Shown here piece after piece: positions 19,853 to 28,298 of a DNA stretch of 59,771 nt. This stretch comes from Candidatus Methylomirabilia bacterium (GTDB lineage Bacteria > Methylomirabilota > Methylomirabilia > Rokubacteriales > CSP1-6), in NCBI GenBank assembly GCA_041492755.1, contig JBGPXN010000006.1, positions 1-59,771 on the forward strand. Reading direction: 5' to 3'. A model generated the notes under the pieces. It was not told the DNA's origin, made no database searches, and was given only the letters and a program-made list of their open reading frames with translations. Position numbers and translations under genes: made by a program. Positions within the stretch are counted from its first letter, which is position 1. Each line of letters starts with the position of its first letter.

Positions 19853-20743
19853 ATGAAGCGCATCGGCGTGGTCGGGGTCGGGCTCCTGGGAAGCGCGGTC
19901 GCGCGACGGCTGCTGGCGGGCGGCTTCACGGTCACGGGGCACGATACGCGCTCCGAGGCGGTGGCCGCGCTCGCCTCCAAGGGTCTGCGCGCGGCGGCGA
20001 GCCCGGCGGCGGCCGCCGCCGGTGCCGACGTGATCTTCACCATCCTGCCGTCGCTCGAGATCGTGGAGAAGGTCATCACCGACCCCGGCGGGCTGATCGA
20101 CGCCGCGCCGCCAAGCGCGACCATCCTCCAGATGAGCACGATCTCGCCGGACCTCACGCGGCGGCTCGCCCGGGCCGCGGAGGCTCGCGGGCTCGGCTTC
20201 CTCGACACGCCCATGAGCGGGACCAGCTCGATGGTCGAGCGCGGCGATTGCACCATCTTCGTCGGCGGCGATCGCGCCCGAGCCGACGCGTGCCGCCCCG
20301 TCTTCGACGCCGTCGCGCGCCGGACCGTCTACGTCGGCCCCGTCGGCGCCGCCTGCCTGGCCAAGCTCGCCACCAACCTGCTCGTCGGTCTCAACACGGT
20401 CGCGCTGGCGGAGGCGCTCGTGCTGGGCACCAAGGGCGGGCTCGAGCCGGCGGCGCTGCTGGAGATCCTGCGCGACAGCGCGGCGGGCTCCCGGATGCTC
20501 GACGTCCGTGGCCCACTGATGGTGCAGCACGATTTCGCGCCGCAGATGAAGCTGGATCTGTTCATGAAGGACTTCGCGCTCATGCTCGACGAGGGCCGGC
20601 GCCTCGGCGCTCCCCTGCCCCTCACCAGCATCGCCCAGCAGCTCTGCGGCGCGACCTCCGCCGCCGGCCACGGAATGGAGGACCTCGCCGCGGTCCTCAC
20701 GACGTTCGAGACGATGGCCGGCCTCGACGGATCGAAGGGCTGA
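19853..20743 (+). CDS. NAD(P)-dependent oxidoreductase, 3-hydroxyisobutyrate dehydrogenase family
   Basis: GVGLLG Rossmann motif, MSTISP, DTPMSG, KLATN, MKD. Confidence 0.9.
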   Translation: MKRIGVVGVGLLGSAVARRLLAGGFTVTGHDTRSEAVAALASKGLRAAASPAAAAAGADVIFTILPSLEIVEKVITDPGGLIDAAPPSATILQMSTISPDLTRRLARAAEARGLGFLDTPMSGTSSMVERGDCTIFVGGDRARADACRPVFDAVARRTVYVGPVGAACLAKLATNLLVGLNTVALAEALVLGTKGGLEPAALLEILRDSAAGSRMLDVRGPLMVQHDFAPQMKLDLFMKDFALMLDEGRRLGAPLPLTSIAQQLCGATSAAGHGMEDLAAVLTTFETMAGLDGSKG

Positions 20744-20755
20744 TCCGCCAACCCC

Positions 20756-20866
20756 ATGCGCTTCGGCACGTACGACTTCCTCCAGCCCGCTCCGGGACGC
20801 CGGCATGCCGAAGTCATCCACGACGAGCTCGCGCACATGGTGCCGCACTTCCGGAGGAATGCATGA
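20756..20866 (+). pseudogene. Internally deleted LLM-class flavin oxidoreductase remnant (36 aa)
   Basis: MRFGTYDFLQPAPGRRHAEVIHDELAHM|VPHFRRNA*: a typical LLM start joined to a typical LLM end (V-P-H-F-R), still with an ATGA overlap into the next gene. Confidence 0.6.
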
Positions 20867-21531
20867 GCCGCCGGTACATCGATCTGTCCGTCACCGTCGA
20901 CCGCGAGACGCTGAGCCCGCCGTCGACCAACATGAAGCTCGACATCACGCCGCATCGCCGGGGCCCGGGATTCTGGCAGGTCTCGAGCGTGCACCAGAGC
21001 CTGCACACCGGGGCCCACATCGACTCGCCGCTGCACGTCTACCAGGACGGCATCACGACCGCCGAGATCAGTCTGGACCAGGTGATGGGTGAAGCGATCG
21101 TGGTGGATCTGTCCTTCGCCGGCGCCAACCACAAGGTCACCATCGACGACCTTCGCCGCGGCGGCGCCGACGACGTGCGCAAAGGTGACATCGTCCTGCT
21201 CCGCACCGACTGGTCGGACAAGACCTACGGCCGGTGGCCGGATTACTTCGTCCAGTCGCCGTACTTTCCGCCGGAGACGGCGGAGTGGCTGGTCGCCAAG
21301 GGGCCGAAGAACATCGGCTTCGACTTCTTCGAGGAATACTGCGCGCGCCTGCCCGACTTCTCGTCCGAGGACTTCCCGATGCACCGGGTCATCCTGGGCG
21401 CCGGCATCGTGATCATGGAGGGCCTCACCAATCTCGGCGCGCTGCCTCAACGGCGCGTCGATTTCGCGGCCCCCTTCTACAAGATCGCCGGCACGGAAGG
21501 CGCACCCGCCCGCTTCTTCGCCACGATCTGA
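20863..21531 (+). CDS. Cyclase family protein (kynurenine formamidase KynB-like)
   Basis: HTGAHIDSPLH motif, DIVLLRT, IMEGLTNL, GTEGAPAR. Confidence 0.88.
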   Translation: MSRRYIDLSVTVDRETLSPPSTNMKLDITPHRRGPGFWQVSSVHQSLHTGAHIDSPLHVYQDGITTAEISLDQVMGEAIVVDLSFAGANHKVTIDDLRRGGADDVRKGDIVLLRTDWSDKTYGRWPDYFVQSPYFPPETAEWLVAKGPKNIGFDFFEEYCARLPDFSSEDFPMHRVILGAGIVIMEGLTNLGALPQRRVDFAAPFYKIAGTEGAPARFFATI

Positions 21532-21657
21532 GTACATGGGGGGCCCCGATATGGCCCCCCATCCCCCCCATCGCTCGGACGCGCCCCGGGAAACCCGGGG
21601 CGCGCCTCGACATCCTCCACGCTCGGAGCGCCCCGGCGAAGCCGGAGCGCGCCTCGA
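21529..21657 (+). repeat. Dispersed palindromic repeat, copy 1 (with tandem hairpin subunit)
   Basis: TGAGTACATGGGGGGCCCCGATATGGCCCCCCAT... followed by two GCTCGG..GCCCCGG-NNAA-(C/G)CCG..CCTCGA units. Near-identical to 59690-59771. Confidence 0.85.
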
Positions 21658-21797
21658 ATTCCCTCAATGGCTCTGTCTTTTCCCCCTCCCGCGCACCCCG
21701 CATCCATCTCGACGCATCAAAACGTGCGATGACGGCGCAAAGGCGGCATTCTGTAACGGGATGACGCTGTTCGATCTCGCGTGACAAGGAGGCCGCC

Positions 21798-21983
21798 ATG
21801 GGCGACTTGATCCACACTTCGCGCGTCCGCATCGTCAAGGACGGAGGCCCCGCGCGCCGGGCCTACATCGAAAACTTCCCGGAGCCCGTGCGCTACGGCG
21901 TGCACGGCGGCATCAAGAAGTTCTCACAGTCCGTCCAGCGCGGCATCGCCATCGAGTGGGACGGCGACGTGGAGGAGGAGTGA
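21798..21983 (+). pseudogene. Probable internally deleted OsmC-like gene remnant (61 aa)
   Basis: Strong AAGGAGG RBS; MGDLIHTSRVRIVKDGGPARRAYIENFPEPVRYGVHGGIKKF|SQSVQRGIAIEWDGDVEEE. The end resembles the post-CPV C-terminus of OsmC-like proteins and the catalytic middle is missing. Family recalled from memory. Confidence 0.45.
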
Positions 21984-21985
21984 GC

Positions 21986-22393
21986 ATGCGCGCGCTCGGC
22001 GCGCTCCTCCTGTGCGTCGCGGCCGTCGGCAACGTCGCCGCTCAGCCCACCGCCGCCCCCCATCCGGCGATCCAGACCGTGATGCGACAGCTCGACGCGT
22101 TTCGTCAGGGCGATTACGACACCGCGTACGGCTTCGCGTCGCAGACCATCCGCGACCTGTTCGACCGCGCCACCTTCGAGCGCATGGTGAGCAGCGGGTA
22201 TCCGGAGATCGCCCGCTCGCTGTCCGCGATCGTGCAGAGCGCGGAGGACGCCCCCAACGGCAACGTCTATCTCTTCGTCACCGTCCACGGCGCCAACGGA
22301 AAGAACGTCGAGGCCGTCTACGAGATGGTCCAGGAGGACGGCCGCTGGAAGATCAACGCGGTGGTCACCAAGCACGCTGGGGGAACGGTGTAG
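21986..22393 (+). CDS. Secreted DUF4864-like protein
   Basis: Signal peptide; QLDAFRQGDYDTAYGFAS..I...F....FERMV..GYP, and C-terminal DGRWKINAV. Confidence 0.8.
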   Translation: MRALGALLLCVAAVGNVAAQPTAAPHPAIQTVMRQLDAFRQGDYDTAYGFASQTIRDLFDRATFERMVSSGYPEIARSLSAIVQSAEDAPNGNVYLFVTVHGANGKNVEAVYEMVQEDGRWKINAVVTKHAGGTV

Positions 22394-22422
22394 TCCTCGG
22401 AGGGGACCGGCGACGCGTCGAA

Positions 22423-23982
22423 CTACACCTGGCGGACGCGGCCGGACCAGTAGCGTTCGCGGAGCTCACGCTTGAGGATCTTGCCGTAGGCGTTCTTGGG
22501 CAGAGACGGGAGGAACTCGACGGACTGTGGCTTCTTGTACGAAGCGAGGTGGCGGCGGCAGTGCTCGACGATCTCGGCCTCGGTCACCGTGGTGCCGTCG
22601 CGCACGACCACCAGCGCCTTGACCGTCTCGCCCCACTTCGGATCGGGGACCCCGATTACCGAGACCTCGTAGACGGCGGGGTGCCGGCAGATGACCTCCT
22701 CGACCTCACGCGGGTAGATGTTGGAGCCCCCGCTGATGATCATGTCTTTCTTGCGATCGGTGATGAAGAGGTAGCCGTCGGCGTCCAGATAGCCGACGTC
22801 GCCGGTGTGCAGCCAGCCGCCCCGTAGCGTCTCCGCCGTCGCCTCCGGCTTGTTCCAGTACCCCTTCATCACGAGATCGCCGCGCACGACGATCTCCCCC
22901 ATCGTGCCCGCCGGCACGTCGACGTCGTCGTCGTCCACCACCCGCACCCGCACGCCCGGGCACTCGCGGCCCGCCGACGCCAGACGGCCGAGCTTCACGG
23001 GGTCGTCGCCGGTCACGTGCTCTCGCTTCGGCAGCGTGGTGCACGTCATCGGCGCCTCGCCCTGGCCGAAGATCTGCACGAAGATCGGCCCGAACACGCG
23101 GATGGCCTCGCGGAGTTGCTCGACGTACATCGGCCCGCCGCCGTAGATCACCGTGTGCAGGCTCGAGAGATCGTAGCGGGGCCGGTCCGGACTGGCGAGC
23201 AGCACGTTAATCATGGTCGGCACCAGGAACATGGTCGTCACGCGATAGCGCTGGATGGCCTCGAAAATCCGCGGCGGATCGAACGAGCGGGTGGCCGGAA
23301 ACGCGCTGGCCGCGCCGCCCGCGATGTGGTGGAAGATCGACACGCCGGAGCCGTGGGTGATGGCGGCGGCGTGGAGCAGCACGTCGCCCGGCGCCGTCGG
23401 ATTGATGTCGATGAGGAACTGCCCGGCCATCGTGACGAGGTTCCGGTGGGTGAGCATCGCGCCCTTGGGCCGGCCGGTCGTGCCCGACGTGTAGAAGAGC
23501 CAGGCGAGATCGCCCGGCTCGATGTCGACCGCCGGCGGCGTGTCGGGCTGGCCGATCTGGATCTCCTCGAACCCGAGATCGCCGTCGGGCTGGCCGCCCA
23601 CGCAGACGAATCGCTCGACCGAGGTGAGCTCGTCGCGCACGGAGGCGAGGTGATGGCGAAATTCGTGGCCGTACACGAGCACGGTCGCGCCGGCATCATT
23701 GAGCATGTAGGCATGCTCGGCCGGGTGCAACCGGACGTTCATCGGCACCACCGCCATGCCCGCCTTCATCGGCGCGAGCAGCGTCTCCAGACCCTGCGCG
23801 CAGTTGGGCACGAGCATGCCGATGCGGTCGCCGGGAGCGGCGCCGAGCGCGCGCAGGGCGTGCGCCAGCCGGTTCACCCGCGCCTCCGCGTCACGGAACG
23901 TGACGATCGCGTCGCCCTCGAGCCAGGCCGGGCGATCGGGGAACCGCTGCGCGGCGCGGGTCAGGAGGTGGCCGGCGTGCAC
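22423..23982 (-). CDS. Long-chain fatty acid--CoA ligase (AMP-binding)
   Basis: YTSGTTGRPKG, FGQGE, WLHTGD, DRKKDMIISGG, GKILK. GTG start just after the upstream stop. Confidence 0.92.
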   Translation of the reverse strand: MHAGHLLTRAAQRFPDRPAWLEGDAIVTFRDAEARVNRLAHALRALGAAPGDRIGMLVPNCAQGLETLLAPMKAGMAVVPMNVRLHPAEHAYMLNDAGATVLVYGHEFRHHLASVRDELTSVERFVCVGGQPDGDLGFEEIQIGQPDTPPAVDIEPGDLAWLFYTSGTTGRPKGAMLTHRNLVTMAGQFLIDINPTAPGDVLLHAAAITHGSGVSIFHHIAGGAASAFPATRSFDPPRIFEAIQRYRVTTMFLVPTMINVLLASPDRPRYDLSSLHTVIYGGGPMYVEQLREAIRVFGPIFVQIFGQGEAPMTCTTLPKREHVTGDDPVKLGRLASAGRECPGVRVRVVDDDDVDVPAGTMGEIVVRGDLVMKGYWNKPEATAETLRGGWLHTGDVGYLDADGYLFITDRKKDMIISGGSNIYPREVEEVICRHPAVYEVSVIGVPDPKWGETVKALVVVRDGTTVTEAEIVEHCRRHLASYKKPQSVEFLPSLPKNAYGKILKRELRERYWSGRVRQV

Positions 23983-23983
23983 G

Positions 23984-24577
23984 TCAACGTGGGGTGAACG
24001 CCGCCGGTGACAGGCGGCCGGCGACCGTGAAGCGTCCCTCGCCATGCGGAGTGAGGACGACCATCTCACCGGGTTGGGGCGCGAGCCCGGTGACCGCGCG
24101 CACGTTGAGCTGGTGCGTGACCATGATCAGGTTGCCGCGGGCGGGCCGCTCGCCGGCGAGCGCGCGCACGGCCGGCGTGTGGGCGGCATCGTGCGCGGGA
24201 TCGTTGAAGTACGAGTTCAGGGCCGGCCAGAGTTCGGCGCGGCCGAAGGCGAGCCGGGCCGTCTCCGAGCAGCGGCACCATTCGCTCGACAGCACACGAG
24301 CGATCGGAATGCGCCGGGCGCGGAACGCGACGCCCACGCGGCGCGATTCGATCCGACCGATCTCGGACAGGGTCTGCTGAGTCGCGCAATCCCGCAGATC
24401 GAAGCGCGGCGGATCGCCGACGCCGGACACGGTCGAGGCGTGCCGCATCATCACGACCTGGCCGCCACCGGCCAGCAGCGCCCACAGCGTCTCGTCGGCA
24501 AAGACGGGCGTAAGCGCGCCCGCGACGAGCACGACGGCGAAAGCGCCGGTGATGGCCGCGGCGGGCGCTGCGCTCAC
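23984..24577 (-). CDS. Histidine phosphatase family protein (secreted)
   Basis: MMRHA, SSEWCRCSETA, VTHQ. Confidence 0.85.
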   Translation of the reverse strand: MSAAPAAAITGAFAVVLVAGALTPVFADETLWALLAGGGQVVMMRHASTVSGVGDPPRFDLRDCATQQTLSEIGRIESRRVGVAFRARRIPIARVLSSEWCRCSETARLAFGRAELWPALNSYFNDPAHDAAHTPAVRALAGERPARGNLIMVTHQLNVRAVTGLAPQPGEMVVLTPHGEGRFTVAGRLSPAAFTPR

Positions 24578-24777
24578 TCGATGACGCCGAGGCGGCCGGT
24601 GTGGCTGCCCATGTACGCCTTGAACGTCTTTGCCCGCGTGTCGAAGCGCGCGATCTTGCCGACGACCGGCCCGGCGCCCGCCACCAGGAGTACGACCGCG
24701 AGCAGGGCCCGCAGCGCGGCGAGCGCGACGACGATCGGCACACGAGTACCGGGGACGCGCGTGACCGGCATATTCAT
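24574..24777 (-). pseudogene. Internally deleted Vgb (virginiamycin B lyase)-like propeller remnant
   Basis: Signal peptide followed directly by GKIARFDTRAKTFK|AYMGSHTGRLGVIE*, which look like one Vgb-like blade and the terminal strand. GTGA overlap with the next gene. Confidence 0.5.
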
Positions 24778-24837
24778 GGGGCGATTCTATGTCGGGGACG
24801 ATGCCGGCGCCACCGCCGCGGGCGGGGCGCGGGCGGA

Positions 24838-27315
24838 TCAGCGACGCGCGCTACCGACGAACTCCCGCTCGATGGCCTCACCGCGATCGCCGAAGCGCGT
24901 CGCCCACGGCTCGACCACGAACCCGGCGCCCGTGGACCGGCCCACGTACCAGGCGCCGGTCTCCCGGTCGTGGATCGCGACGTCGGCGCGGCCGTCACCC
25001 GTGAAGTCGGCCACGTAGGTCCGCTCGGTCTCGCCGCGGTCGCCGAGGCTCGTGGCCCACGCCTGGACGGTAAACGCGCTGCCGGTGGAAACGCCGACCC
25101 ACCAGGCGCCGGTCTCCCGGTCGTGGATCGCGACGTCCGCGCGACCGTCGCCGGTGAAGTCGCCGACGAGGGCCTCTTCGCGAGAGCCGCGATTGCCGAA
25201 GTCGAGCACCCAGGCCGAGATCGCGAGGCTCGTGCCCGTCGAGATGCCCACGTACCAGGCCCCCGTCTCCCGATCGTGGATGGCGACGTCGGCGCGGCCG
25301 TCGCCGTTGAAATCAGCCACGAAAACGTCCTCGGCGTCGCGACCCCGGTTGCCGAAGCTGGTCGCCCACCGCTCTTTGGTGAACCCGGTGCCGGTCGACC
25401 GGCCGATCCACCACTCGCCCGTCTGCCGATCGTGGATGGCGACGTCCGTCCGACCGTCGCCCGTGAAATCCGCCGCGAACGTCTCCTCGAACGCCTCGCC
25501 ACGGTTGCCGAAGCTTGCCGCCCACCGGCTGACGGCGAAGCCCGATCCGGTCGACCGGCCCACGAACCAGTCACCGGTCAGACGGTCGTGGAGCACGACG
25601 TCGGCCCGGCCATCGCCGTCGAAGTCCCCGACGAGCACGGCTTCACGCTCGGCGCCCCGATTCCCGAAGTTGGTCGCCCACGCCTCGACGGCGAAGCCGC
25701 CGGTCGCGGCCCGGCCCACGTACCAGTTTCCCGTGCGGAAATCGTGGATCGCGACGTCCGTGCGACCGTCCCCGGTGAAGTCGGCCACGAGCGCCCGCTC
25801 CTGGTCGGCGCGGTTGCCGAATCGCGCGGCCCAGCGGTCGGCAAGAAACGCCGAGCCCGTGGAGAGGCCGACGTACCAGTCGCCGGATTGGCGGTCGTGG
25901 ATGACGACGTCGGCGAGCCCGTCACCGTTGAAGTCCGTGTCGGTGACGTCGCGGGCGGCGCCGAGGCTGGCCAGCGCCTGGCCCACCCTGATCCGCGGCC
26001 GCGTCGTCAACACGTCGGGGATGGACAACCCGGTCGTCTGCATCGCGCTGAGCAACTGCGTCACGCTCGCCAGCGGCCGGGCCTGCCGCAGCACGGCGAA
26101 CGCACCGGCGACGTGCGGCGTCGCCATGGACGTGCCACTGAGCGACCCGAACGTGGTCACCGGCAGCGAGGAGCGGATGCTGCTGCCGGGCGCGAACAAC
26201 GAGAGGAACGGTGCGACGTTCGAGAACGACGACACCTGATCCGTCTTGGTGGTGGACGCCACGCTGATGGCGCTCGAGATGCAGCCGGGTGAGCTGATAC
26301 CGTTGACGTAGCCGTTGTTGCCGGAGGCGATGACGGTGGCGATGCCGGCGGAGCGCAGGTTGTCGATGATCGGCTTCAAGACGTTGGTGTCGCAGAAGCT
26401 GGTGTTGCGCGTCGAGTTGCCGAGGCTCATGTTGATCGACCCGATCGTGTACTGGTTACGGAGCAGATACACGCGCTCCAGCGCGGCCGCCAGGTCGGAG
26501 GTGAATGCCGAGACCGCGTTCGGTGACGTGCGGGAAAACACCTGCACGGCCATGATCCGCGCGCCCTTGGCCACGCCGGAGAACGCCTGGCCCGCCAGCG
26601 TCCCGTCGCCCGCGGCGATGCCCGCGACGTGGGTGCCGTGGTCGCACCCGGCGACGGGGCACTTCGCACCCGCGCCGGGACCAGTCTGGGTGGTCGCGCC
26701 GTTCGGACACACGCTCAGGCTGGCCAGACCGCCACCCGAATAGCAGGCCTCCTCGATCACCTTGCCCGACAGGAACGGATGACCGGCGGCAACCCCGGTG
26801 TCCAGAATCGCGACGACGGTGCCGGTGCCATCCCAGCGATACGACCAGGCGGTCGGTGCCTGCACGAGCGGACCGCTCTCCGCGAGCGTCGGCTCGTACT
26901 CCTCGTCCTCCATCACGCGCTCCACGTGAAGGCCCGCCGCCTCGAGCTCGGCGAGGCCCTCGGGACCGATCTCGACCGCGAGATAGGGGACGGTGTCGTA
27001 CGCGCGAATGACGCGGTGCGCATGGTGTCTCAGGCGGTGTCGAACTTCACGTTGCGCATCGGTGATGTCGCCGCGCTGCAAGCCCACCGCGAACTCCGAG
27101 CTCAGCATGCCTTCCGGCATGGGCCGCCCGGCCCGCAGCCGGAGCTCGATGAGGACACGCGTCCGGCGGCCGACGTGCGCGGCGGCCCGGACGTTCGGAT
27201 CGACTTCGACGCGGCGCTCGGTCGCCGACGGACGCGGCAGCGAGCCCACGACGTTGGCGCCGGTCGCACCAACCAGGAACGCGACGACCATCGCGACGCG
27301 GCGGCGGCGGCTCAT
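24838..27315 (-). CDS. Secreted S8 subtilisin-like serine protease with I9-like propeptide and 7 FG-GAP/VCBS repeats
   Basis: Triad motifs AILDTG, HGTHVAGIA, GTSMATPHVAG; C-terminal 7x DF(T/N/D)GDG.(A/T)DV..HD. Confidence 0.93.
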   Translation of the reverse strand: MSRRRRVAMVVAFLVGATGANVVGSLPRPSATERRVEVDPNVRAAAHVGRRTRVLIELRLRAGRPMPEGMLSSEFAVGLQRGDITDAQREVRHRLRHHAHRVIRAYDTVPYLAVEIGPEGLAELEAAGLHVERVMEDEEYEPTLAESGPLVQAPTAWSYRWDGTGTVVAILDTGVAAGHPFLSGKVIEEACYSGGGLASLSVCPNGATTQTGPGAGAKCPVAGCDHGTHVAGIAAGDGTLAGQAFSGVAKGARIMAVQVFSRTSPNAVSAFTSDLAAALERVYLLRNQYTIGSINMSLGNSTRNTSFCDTNVLKPIIDNLRSAGIATVIASGNNGYVNGISSPGCISSAISVASTTKTDQVSSFSNVAPFLSLFAPGSSIRSSLPVTTFGSLSGTSMATPHVAGAFAVLRQARPLASVTQLLSAMQTTGLSIPDVLTTRPRIRVGQALASLGAARDVTDTDFNGDGLADVVIHDRQSGDWYVGLSTGSAFLADRWAARFGNRADQERALVADFTGDGRTDVAIHDFRTGNWYVGRAATGGFAVEAWATNFGNRGAEREAVLVGDFDGDGRADVVLHDRLTGDWFVGRSTGSGFAVSRWAASFGNRGEAFEETFAADFTGDGRTDVAIHDRQTGEWWIGRSTGTGFTKERWATSFGNRGRDAEDVFVADFNGDGRADVAIHDRETGAWYVGISTGTSLAISAWVLDFGNRGSREEALVGDFTGDGRADVAIHDRETGAWWVGVSTGSAFTVQAWATSLGDRGETERTYVADFTGDGRADVAIHDRETGAWYVGRSTGAGFVVEPWATRFGDRGEAIEREFVGSARR
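24850..25935 (-). repeat. Seven ~51-52 aa FG-GAP-like coding tandem repeats
   Basis: Seven copies of DFxGDGRxDVAIHDRxTGxWxVGxSTGxxFxxxxWAxxFGNRG, counted in the translation. Confidence 0.9.
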
Positions 27316-27776
27316 CGTGACGGCCCCGGTGATGGCGTCGCCTCGGCGTCCTCGTGGACCCGGCTGACGAGATCACTCATCCGCTCGAGCGCGCGCAACG
27401 CGTCGGCACCGATCTCCATGGCGAGGATAGGAACGGTCTCGTAGCGGCGGTGCACCGTGAACCGCGTACCCGCCAATCGCTGCTCGACGGTGGACTGCGC
27501 CGCCGCGATGGCCGCCCGCCGGCGCGTCACTTCCGGCGCCGACAGGCCGCCCTCCGGCTGTGCCGCCTCCGTCACTCGCAACTCCACGAGGACCCGGACC
27601 GAACCTTGCGAGACGTGGTGACGAACTGCGGGATCGACAACGGGGGCGGAGCCGTCGCTGGCGCCCGGTCGCACACACGCCAGCAGGAACATGGCGGCCC
27701 CGACGACGCCGACGCGAACCGCCAGACGCCGATGTCCGCCCAGCCCTCCACGGATACGCCGGTCGCGCGGAGCCAT
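27312..27776 (-). CDS. Putative lipoprotein; stand-alone paralog of the S8 propeptide (inhibitor I9-like)
   Basis: Lipobox-like FLLAC. The mature part aligns by eye with the neighbouring protease prodomain (VDP.VR, RVL.ELR, PEG.LS, AQ..V..RL, Y.TVP.LA.EIG...L..LE, V.RV.ED.E..P). Start codon uncertain. Confidence 0.8.
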   Translation of the reverse strand: MAPRDRRIRGGLGGHRRLAVRVGVVGAAMFLLACVRPGASDGSAPVVDPAVRHHVSQGSVRVLVELRVTEAAQPEGGLSAPEVTRRRAAIAAAQSTVEQRLAGTRFTVHRRYETVPILAMEIGADALRALERMSDLVSRVHEDAEATPSPGPSR

Positions 27777-27810
27777 CGCTCCTAAAGTACGGCCGACCCA
27801 CGGCCGGAGT

Positions 27811-27972
27811 TTAACGAGGGCCGTTATGGCACGCAGTCCGGGCGGCCCTGCAGCCGCTGCTTGAGTTGAACTGGAAGAGCTCAGGATCCGCGGCGCGCCA
27901 CAGCGCGGAAGCATCGTCGAGCCGCAACGGCTCCACCGCCCTGCCCCGCAACCCGACCGCCTCCCCCCACAT
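27811..27972 (-). pseudogene. N-terminal fragment of a RimJ/RimL-like GNAT acetyltransferase
   Basis: VGLRGRAVEPLRLDDASALWRAADPELFQF resembles the 'L.G..V.LEPL...H...L..A' start of these enzymes, then degenerates. Confidence 0.4.
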
Positions 27973-28091
27973 GCGAGGCCGGCAGCGTAGCGTGCGGCCA
28001 GCCCAGGAGCAAGACCGTTTCAGCCGGGCTCGTCTCGGGAGCTCGAGGCCAGCTGGGGCAACGTACGCTATCGGGAGCGGGACTTGCGCGA

Positions 28092-28216
28092 GGGGGAGGG
28101 GCGTGGGGGCGCTCCCGGACCTGTTGTAGTGAGGCTGCCCCTTCCACCCACCCGTGGCGTTCACGACACACCGCAGGGTGAAGTCAGGTCCGGGAGCGCC
28201 CCCACGCCCCTCCCCC
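28092..28216. repeat. Perfect 32-bp inverted repeat flanking a 61-bp spacer
   Basis: GGGGGAGGGGCGTGGGGGCGCTCCCGGACCTG (28092-28123) and its exact reverse complement (28185-28216). Confidence 0.9.
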
Positions 28217-28298
28217 ACGCTACGGCACCAGGCGACCTCGTGAGATCAGGCGTGGTCGAAGCCGTGGGAGTCTTTGACGCTGTTCGGACCTCGGGACG

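Noticed and set aside
24850-25935. Regularly spaced DNA repeats suggesting a CRISPR array or DGR
   Set aside because: The period is about 153-156 nt, in-frame and protein-coding, with no unique spacers and no cas or reverse transcriptase gene.
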